Positions 39,092 to 45,596 of a stretch of 64,000 nt of DNA are shown here, piece by piece (within the stretch, counting starts at the first letter, position 1; every line of letters starts with the position of its first letter). The notes below the pieces were generated by a model. The model was given only the letters and a program-made list of their open reading frames with translations, did no database searches and had not been told where the DNA came from. A program made the translations under genes and the position numbers. The stretch spans positions 3,264,001-3,328,000 of the forward strand of contig OZ242005.1 in assembly GCA_965204725.1 (NCBI GenBank), written 5' to 3'. The DNA comes from Candidatus Latescibacterota bacterium. GTDB taxonomy: Bacteria > Latescibacterota > UBA2968 > UBA8231.

Positions 39092-39781
39092 GTGAGCGAC
39101 GATTTCTTTAAGTTCCCTTCAACGCCATACTTGGCACTCCTCGGCGATGCCGATGTCAGGGATGATAAGGTCATGACGGCAGCCGAGCGGAATGAATTTC
39201 TGTGCCATGAGTTGGTAATCGAAGAAAAAGTCGATGGGGCAAATCTCGGCATTTCGTTTGATTCCGACGGAAATATACGCGCCCAAAATCGGGGCATGTA
39301 CTTGGAGCTTCCCCGGCCGGGACAATGGAAAAAGCTCTCGGAGTGGTTGACTCCGAGAACAGAGACTTTTTTTGAACATCTATTTGACCGTTACATCCTT
39401 TTTGGGGAATGGTGCTATGCTAGGCACACGGTCTTCTACGACCGGCTACCGGACTGGTTCCTCGGTTTCGATGTCTATGATAGGGAAACGGACCGATTTT
39501 TATCTTGCGACCGACGCAATGAGCTTTTTCGCACTATTCGCATTTGTCCCGTCCCGACCGTCAGACGCGGTTGCTTCACGTTCTCAGAACTGAGCGAATT
39601 TCTATTGCAATCAATGATCGGCGATCATCCCGCAGAAGGCATTTATCTCCGGTCTGATCGCAGTGGCTGGTTGGTTCAGAGAGCCAAGTTGGTTCGTCCC
39701 GCCTTTGTTCAGTCAATAGAGCAGCACTGGTCTCGTAAGGACATTGAGCCCAATCGGTTGAAGTGGGAGGTTTGGACATGA
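39092..39781 (+). CDS. RNA ligase family (ATP-dependent nucleotidyltransferase) protein
   Basis: KFPSTPYL, EEKVDGANLGIS (motif I KxDG), LFGEWC, FDVYD, EGIY, RAKLV. Confidence 0.85.
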   Translation: MSDDFFKFPSTPYLALLGDADVRDDKVMTAAERNEFLCHELVIEEKVDGANLGISFDSDGNIRAQNRGMYLELPRPGQWKKLSEWLTPRTETFFEHLFDRYILFGEWCYARHTVFYDRLPDWFLGFDVYDRETDRFLSCDRRNELFRTIRICPVPTVRRGCFTFSELSEFLLQSMIGDHPAEGIYLRSDRSGWLVQRAKLVRPAFVQSIEQHWSRKDIEPNRLKWEVWT

Positions 39782-39862
39782 GTACATCCCGGCTAGCGGC
39801 TCAGTGCCCCGCGATGTTGTCGTCCATTTTGAGGGGGTGCCCTATTGAACCATCCAAGAAAT
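39782..39862. repeat. 81-bp direct repeat, copy C (DUF4159 tail joined to a PIN fragment)
   Basis: 70/81 identical by manual alignment to 40804-40884; 39793-39835 matches the DUF4159 3' end (42731-42777) with a 4-bp deletion. Confidence 0.9.
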
Positions 39863-39891
39863 ATGTCGGCATCGCAATAGACGTTCCGCAT
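39793..39891 (-). pseudogene. N-terminal fragment of a PIN-domain toxin fused to a displaced DUF4159 tail
   Basis: Manual translation MRNVYCDADIFLGWFNRAP-PQNGRQHRGALSR*. The first half resembles PIN strand 1 with its catalytic Asp; the end ALSR* equals the DUF4159 C-terminus. Confidence 0.6.
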
Positions 39892-39897
39892 ATAGAT

Positions 39898-40671
39898 TCA
39901 CTCAGTGAGAATACCCAGCACATCGCGCCAGGATGGCAATTCGTCTTTTGGGCGCAGTACTCTAAATTCTTCAACCGTGATATTGACCGGCGCACCATCG
40001 CGCCGATACAGAATAGGCCCTGAAACCGACACGCGCCGGTCCGTCTTAGGATCGAAGGACTGTAGCACGTCGTCCCACAATTCAATGGGAAAATAGCAGT
40101 TGATGTTGCGGCCCGATATATCGTCGTTAATGGAAAAGCGCGTCTTGCCTCGTCTGCTAAGTACTCGAATTCGTCCTTCGACCGTACCGTGATCAACATA
40201 CTGTCCTTGCAGTAACCGATCGACAGACGCAACAGATCGAGACGACATTTTAGTAGCCTGTCCATTGTATCGGATCTGTACCGTACTCAACTCCCCCTCG
40301 GACTTGGATAGCACTTCACCCATCGCCTTGGCAGCCGCCAACGCCTTTTCCGAAAAATGCTCAGGCCAGACATCATCCCTTACTTCGAGGGACCCGAGTC
40401 CGGCTTGAATCGCATGAATGGCCACAGGGATGTGTTCGGGGGGTATCTTGTTTGCTTCTGGAGCGATGTGCATGCACACGCTACCCGACTCAACGGAAAG
40501 AAGCCACTCTACAGCGTGCGGCTTTCCGGCCACGCTATTGGCGACCTCATCGGCCATCTGCAAGAACGCGTTAAAGCCTTTCCTAAAACGCTGGGCCGTA
40601 ATCCGCGGACCGTCAATCTCAAACGTGAGCGAATGTATTGGCGAGAATTTGGCCATGGTTGTAGGGTCCAA
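39898..40671 (-). CDS. Hypothetical protein, probable partner (antitoxin-like) of the truncated PIN gene
   Basis: Open 257-aa frame; VESGS, GTVEGRI, OB-like RVSVSG, C-terminal ELPSWRDVLGIL; ends 6 nt before the PIN fragment ATG. Start may be 40656. Confidence 0.7.
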   Translation of the reverse strand: MDPTTMAKFSPIHSLTFEIDGPRITAQRFRKGFNAFLQMADEVANSVAGKPHAVEWLLSVESGSVCMHIAPEANKIPPEHIPVAIHAIQAGLGSLEVRDDVWPEHFSEKALAAAKAMGEVLSKSEGELSTVQIRYNGQATKMSSRSVASVDRLLQGQYVDHGTVEGRIRVLSRRGKTRFSINDDISGRNINCYFPIELWDDVLQSFDPKTDRRVSVSGPILYRRDGAPVNITVEEFRVLRPKDELPSWRDVLGILTE

Positions 40672-40803
40672 GTTCTAGTTCCGGTTCACAAAGGGGATTG
40701 GCAAAGTAATATCCCTGTATCACAGAATCAAGCCCATTGGCCCTCGGCCTCGCTTGGCTCGACCCTCCGCAAGGCCCTCGTGCTGGCGTTGTGGATGTAT
40801 CGC

Positions 40804-40884
40804 GTACTGCCCGGCTAGCCGCTCAGTACCCCGCGATGTTGGCACCCATTTTGAGGAGGTTCCCTGTCGAACCATCCAAGAAAT
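40804..40884. repeat. 81-bp direct repeat, copy B
   Basis: Matches copy C and carries the same 4-bp deletion relative to the DUF4159 gene; minus strand reads FLGWFDREP in the PIN frame. Confidence 0.9.
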
Positions 40885-40996
40885 CCTCCGCAAGAGCCTC
40901 GCTGGAGTGTGCTTGGTTCTCGTGCTAACGCTTTGGTTGTATCGCTTGCTGCGTTGCGGGGGCTGTTGACGGCGGCAGGACCATCGGACATGTTAA

Positions 40997-41925
40997 GAGG
41001 CTGTCTGAAAACCCATTATGTAGTCGTATTTGAATCGGCGTACTCATCAGGCCATATTCAGGTTTCACCACAAAATCTGAACAGAAAGGCTCGTATGATG
41101 AGTACGCCCAGTGGCCAATATGCAACCGATGTAACCGATGTGCAATGGCAGCAGATCGAACCGTTGCTGCCGGCTCCGCGGTGGCGCCCCAACGGTCCGG
41201 GTCGGCCGCCGCGGGATCGGCGTCCGATCGTCAACGGGCTTTTGTATCTGAACAAGACGGGGTGTCCTTGGGCGTTGTTACCGGCTTGTTTTGGCCCGTG
41301 GAAAACGGTGTATGATTACTTCCGTCGCTGGAGCCGGCACGGGGTCTGGCCGCGGGTGTTGGAACGGCTCACCCAGCAGGAACGCCGCCGCAACGGCCGG
41401 CCGGCCACGCCCTCGGCGGGCTGTATCGATAGTCAGACCATCAAAACGGCAACCCATGGTAAAACAACCGGTTACGACGCGGGCAAGAAGGTTCAAGGCC
41501 GAAAACGGCATCTGCTGGTCGACGCCTCAGGCTTGCTTCGACAGGTGGTGGTCACCGCCGCCGATGTATCCGATCGAGACGGCTTGCAGCAGGTGTTGAC
41601 CCGCTTGGGGACGTCCGGCGTAGCCCGGTTACGCAAACTGTGGGGCGATGGCGGCTATCGAGGCGAGGCGATCCGAACATGGGTGGCCAACCTAAAAAAG
41701 ACGCACAAGATTGACTTGGAAGTCGTCGCCAAACAAGGCCCCGGATTTACCGTACTCAAACGCCGTTGGGTCGTCGAGCGTACCTTGGCATGGGTGATGA
41801 ACTCGCGCCGTCATGCCCGAGATTATGAGGTGTTGACCCGCCATAGCGAAGCCTTGATCCAGATTGCTATGATCCACCTGTTACTCAAAAGAATCAAATA
41901 GAAAATGGAGTTTTCAGACAGCCTC
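40997..41925 (+). mobile_element. IS5-family insertion sequence (IS1031-like)
   Basis: 16-bp perfect terminal IRs GAGGCTGTCTGAAAAC (40997-41012 / 41910-41925), flanked by TAA and TTA; single transposase ORF. Confidence 0.9.
41095..41901 (+). CDS. IS5 family transposase
   Basis: YATDVTD.QW, TGCPW..LP, IDSQT, GYDAGKKVQGRKRH, DGGY, RRWVVERT. Confidence 0.95.
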   Translation: MMSTPSGQYATDVTDVQWQQIEPLLPAPRWRPNGPGRPPRDRRPIVNGLLYLNKTGCPWALLPACFGPWKTVYDYFRRWSRHGVWPRVLERLTQQERRRNGRPATPSAGCIDSQTIKTATHGKTTGYDAGKKVQGRKRHLLVDASGLLRQVVVTAADVSDRDGLQQVLTRLGTSGVARLRKLWGDGGYRGEAIRTWVANLKKTHKIDLEVVAKQGPGFTVLKRRWVVERTLAWVMNSRRHARDYEVLTRHSEALIQIAMIHLLLKRIK

Positions 41926-41957
41926 TTAGTAACAGAACGCAGACGCGGAGGACGACA

Positions 41958-42275
41958 ATGCCGGAAGTCACTCAGCAGCAATTGAATGACGCGAAGCACG
42001 TGGTCGAAACCACGTTGGGCGAGCAATTCGACGACATTGACTTCGTGATGGTCTCCGTCCTGCCCGACGTAGAAGAGTGGGACGACGATGACGACGAATT
42101 TATTGAAGTCAAGGCGATCTACGACGGAGTTGCCGGGCAATTGCGCGGTGAGCGGATGGTCGGGGTGATTCCTCTGCTGCGGCGACGCCTACTGGAATCG
42201 GGCGTCACCGCGTTCCCTGTCATGCGCTACATCGCAAAATCCGACTGGGACGAGCGTCCCAGTGACGCCACATGA
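41958..42275 (+). CDS. Small acidic protein, putative antitoxin partner of the HEPN gene
   Basis: SD GGAGG; overlaps the HEPN start; D/E-rich alpha/beta pattern ending FPVMRYI..SDW. Confidence 0.6.
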   Translation: MPEVTQQQLNDAKHVVETTLGEQFDDIDFVMVSVLPDVEEWDDDDDEFIEVKAIYDGVAGQLRGERMVGVIPLLRRRLLESGVTAFPVMRYIAKSDWDERPSDAT

Positions 42276-42734
42276 CCTCGTTGCTGCCGCGCAAGACTTA
42301 GTCGGCGACGGCAAAGGTGCTCCACGGCAGGCGAATCTTCGCCGGGCGATCAGCACGGCTTACTACGCTCTATTCCATTGCTTGGCGGGATGTTGCGCCG
42401 ATGCCCTAGTAGGAACTGCCAGAGCCAATCGAAGCGAACCCGCATGGCGTCAAGCCTATCGCGCCCTAGAACACCGCGACGCCGCTAAGCGGTGCGAACA
42501 GAACCAAATTCAGCACTTTCCGTCAGAAATTCAGGAATTTGCCGGGTCGTTCGTGGATATGCAGCGAAAACGCCATCGAGCGGATTACGCATCTGAAGGG
42601 CATTGGCTGAAGTCCGAAGTAGCGGACGATATAGCCCAAGCGGCCGCGGCTATCGCGTACTTGAACGTGCGCCGCTAAAGGATCGTCGCGCATTTGCTGT
42701 TTATGTCTTGCTTAGGCTCAGACCGTCGCGCTAG
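42262..42734 (+). pseudogene. HEPN domain protein with a probable 3' frameshift near 42656
   Basis: ANLRRAISTAYYALFH and KRHRADY. The annotated frame stops at 42678; an alternate frame from 42657 reads VLERAPLKDRRAFAVYVLLRLRPSR*, resembling the family C-terminus as I recall it. Confidence 0.7.
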
Positions 42735-43390
42735 CGGCTCAGTGCCCAGACCGCGATGTTGGCGCCCATTTTGAGGGCGTCGAGGCGCTTGCTCTCTGGG
42801 TCGTTGTGGACGCCGGGGTCCTCCCAGCCATCGCCTAAGTCCGCTTCATAAGTGTACAGCACGGCGAGGCGTTCGCCTGCGAAGAGCGCGAGGGCTTGTG
42901 GTCGTTTGCCGTCGTGCTCGTGGACTTTGGGCAGGCCCGCTGGCAACGCAAAGTGACAGCGGAACAGGGGATGTTCGGGCGGCAGCTCGACCCACTCGGC
43001 GTTGGGAAAAACTTGGCGCATGGCGCGGCGAAAGCTCTCGTCCATGCCGTAGTTGTCGTCGGCGTGGAGAAAGCCGCCGCTTTCCAAGTAGTGCCTGAGC
43101 CGCGCCACCTCCTCAGCAGAAAAAGCGACATTGCCGTGCCCGGTCATGTAGATGTACGGGTAGGAAAACAACTCCTCGTCCATGATTTGCACCCGCGCCT
43201 CGGCTTCGGCCGCGTCGATTTGGGTATGCTCCCGCAAGAAGCGAAGCAAGTTGGGCAGGGAAGAGGGATCGCTGTACCAGTCGCCGCCGCCGCCGTATTG
43301 CAGCCGCGCAATGGTAAATAGGGGCTGGGCCGAGCCATCCACCGCGAGGAGCGCGATGGCGAGCGCGGCGTACAGAACGAGGCCGCGCAT
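42731..43390 (-). CDS. DUF4159 domain-containing protein
   Basis: Signal peptide; ARLQYGGGGDWY, YMTGHG, GGFLHADDNYG, PKVHEHDG, DLGDGWED. Confidence 0.88.
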   Translation of the reverse strand: MRGLVLYAALAIALLAVDGSAQPLFTIARLQYGGGGDWYSDPSSLPNLLRFLREHTQIDAAEAEARVQIMDEELFSYPYIYMTGHGNVAFSAEEVARLRHYLESGGFLHADDNYGMDESFRRAMRQVFPNAEWVELPPEHPLFRCHFALPAGLPKVHEHDGKRPQALALFAGERLAVLYTYEADLGDGWEDPGVHNDPESKRLDALKMGANIAVWALSR

Positions 43391-43391
43391 G

Positions 43392-45587
43392 TCAGGGGTT
43401 GTTGATGACGGCGAATTTGCCGCGCACGAGGTCGCCGGTTTCTGCCTGCGCGACGAAGTAGTAAATACCCGACCCCGCGAGAAAGCCGGCCGCGCTCTGG
43501 CCGTTCCAAGTGACCGCGCCCTCGCCAGCCGCGCCCTCGAGAACCCGGACGAGTTCGCCGGCCGCAGTGAAGATGCGGACGCTGGCCCCAAGCGGCAGGT
43601 CGGCAAAGGTTAGGGACGCGCCGCGGTCGCCGAGGTGGAAGGGGTTGGGATACGCATACGCCTGAGGCCCAACGGTCGTCCCCGAGCCCCCGAGTTGCAG
43701 GCGGCTCATGCCGGCGAGCGTACCAATCCACAGCGCGCCGTTTTCCCGGTCGAAGTAGAGCGAGTTGACGCGGTTGTTGACGAGGCCGTCGCTGGCGTCG
43801 AGCGCGAACTCGACTTGGCCCTCGGTGTCGATGCGGGCCAAGCCGCCTTCGGTGCCGACCCAGATCCGCCCCCAGTCGTCTTCGGCCAGCGCCGTAGTCG
43901 CGGTGGCGGGCAGGCCGTTGTCGGTGTTGTACACCTTCCAGCTCGCGACCTCAAAATCCGCGTTGGCGCGCGAGTACTCGCCGCGCACGGCATTGAGGCC
44001 GTTGTTCGTGGCGACCCACACCCGCCCCGAGCGATCGACGTGAATGTCGCTGATGGTATCGCTCGTCAGGTCTGGGTACGCGACCGTGTCGAAGACCAAG
44101 CCGGTCTCGTCGCCGATCGCAAAGGGAGTGCCGCCGTCGTCTAAGAGGAAGAAACCGTCGAGTGCCGTCCCGATCCACTTCAGGCCGTCGGGACCGATGG
44201 CGATCTTGGTCATGTCTTGGCCCGGGGACATGCCAAAGTCCAACTGGCTGTTGAGCGCGGCCTGTTGGGGCGGCCATCCATCCATGACGACGAGTCCGTT
44301 GCGGACGTTGGCGATCCACAGCAAGCCGTTGGCGTCGCGGTCCATGTCGCTGATGGCGACAAAGGAGTCGCCGTCGATGCCTTCGAGAGCCGAGTTGCTG
44401 GCGTTGAGGTTTTGCCACTGGCCGTCGGCGTCGCGCACGTCAATGCCCCAACCCCAACTTCCGACCCACAGCAGGCCCTCGGCGTCGGTCTCCACGGCCG
44501 AGACTTTCTCGGACGACAGGTTGGCCCGGCTGGTGTGGGTAGTCCAGCCCTCGCCATCGAACTCGTACAGGCCAAAAGCGGGCAGATTGTCCTTGGGCAC
44601 GGAGGCGACCCAGAGGTGACCGTCGGAGGTCTGAGTTATGTCGAAGAAGAAATTGCCGATCGGCTCGCGGGGCGGCGGCGGCGGGGTGGTGCCGAGGGCG
44701 CGCAGGCCGCGCTCGCTAGCCACCCACAGCGGGCCGTCGGTATCCGATAGGTCGGCGGCGGTGCTGATACCGCTGATCGGTTGCCAGCGGTTGTCTCTGC
44801 GCTGGAGGAGGCCCTCGGCCGTCGCACTGACGATGAGTCCCTCAAAGAGGCCGAGGGCAACGATGCTGGTCGTGGAGGGATCGAGCGCGGGCCGGTCGAG
44901 CGCGGGATGGACTTGCCAGAGCCCGTCCGTGGCTGAGACGAAGAGCGTGTCTTGATGGACGAGCACGTCGCGCACCTCGCCCCTTATGGGCTCGGCCTCC
45001 CAACTGCTGGGGTCTTGGAGGTTGGGCTGGTCCAAATCCGCCGACACGAGGCCATTGACGGTCCCGACCCACAGCCGATCGGCAAATATCTCAATGCTGG
45101 TCACCTCGGTGTCTCTCGCCAGATTCCCCAAGCGGCGATAGGTCTCCTTGACCTCCTCCTTGCTGATGACAAACGCACTGACGCCGCGCTCGCTGCCCAC
45201 GTAGAGGATGTCCCCATGGGGCTTGAGGGCGTTGATGCGGAGGTTTTGGAAGTCGAGAAAGGGCGGGTCGAAGCGGTTTTGCTCGGGCCGATAGCGGCTC
45301 AAGCCTTGGGAGTGCGTACCAAACCACAGGTGGTCGTTGGCATCTACGGATAGGCTCAAGATGAGGTTGCCCGGCAGGCCATCGCGGCGGGTGAAGCGCG
45401 TATAGGCTTGGGTCTGTTGGTCGTAGCGCAGGACGCCGCCGTGCGTACCGGCCCAGACGGCGTCTTGGTGGACGAGGACCCGGTTGATTTGGCGCATACT
45501 GGTATAGGCTTCCCATTGGGTGCCGGATAGCTGGGCGCGGGCGGGTAGAGCCAAAAGCAGCAGGGAAGCAAGGGGGAGCAAGAGCAT
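43392..45587 (-). CDS. PorZ-like beta-propeller protein with C-terminal T9SS-type/FlgD-like domain
   Basis: Signal peptide; many two-component-regulator propeller repeats (LWxGTxxGL); GDET-containing LDDGGTP loop; C-terminal AYPNPF...IFTAAGELV...WNG...SGIY...KFAII. Confidence 0.75.
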   Translation of the reverse strand: MLLLPLASLLLLALPARAQLSGTQWEAYTSMRQINRVLVHQDAVWAGTHGGVLRYDQQTQAYTRFTRRDGLPGNLILSLSVDANDHLWFGTHSQGLSRYRPEQNRFDPPFLDFQNLRINALKPHGDILYVGSERGVSAFVISKEEVKETYRRLGNLARDTEVTSIEIFADRLWVGTVNGLVSADLDQPNLQDPSSWEAEPIRGEVRDVLVHQDTLFVSATDGLWQVHPALDRPALDPSTTSIVALGLFEGLIVSATAEGLLQRRDNRWQPISGISTAADLSDTDGPLWVASERGLRALGTTPPPPPREPIGNFFFDITQTSDGHLWVASVPKDNLPAFGLYEFDGEGWTTHTSRANLSSEKVSAVETDAEGLLWVGSWGWGIDVRDADGQWQNLNASNSALEGIDGDSFVAISDMDRDANGLLWIANVRNGLVVMDGWPPQQAALNSQLDFGMSPGQDMTKIAIGPDGLKWIGTALDGFFLLDDGGTPFAIGDETGLVFDTVAYPDLTSDTISDIHVDRSGRVWVATNNGLNAVRGEYSRANADFEVASWKVYNTDNGLPATATTALAEDDWGRIWVGTEGGLARIDTEGQVEFALDASDGLVNNRVNSLYFDRENGALWIGTLAGMSRLQLGGSGTTVGPQAYAYPNPFHLGDRGASLTFADLPLGASVRIFTAAGELVRVLEGAAGEGAVTWNGQSAAGFLAGSGIYYFVAQAETGDLVRGKFAVINNP

Positions 45588-45596
45588 GGAAACGGC

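Larger units (their letters stand above)
35444..42730. mobile_element. Accessory island / insertion hotspot at the 3' end of the DUF4159 gene (no integrase present)
   Basis: Abrupt shift to AT-richer sequence and different codon use; defence/TA-type genes, an IS and duplicated DUF4159 tails. Boundaries approximate. Confidence 0.7.

Noticed and set aside
39782-40884. 81-bp repeats as integron attC sites or CRISPR repeats
   Set aside because: No RYYYAAC/GTTRRRY cores or long internal dyad, no regular spacers, no intI or cas genes; the repeat derives from coding sequence.
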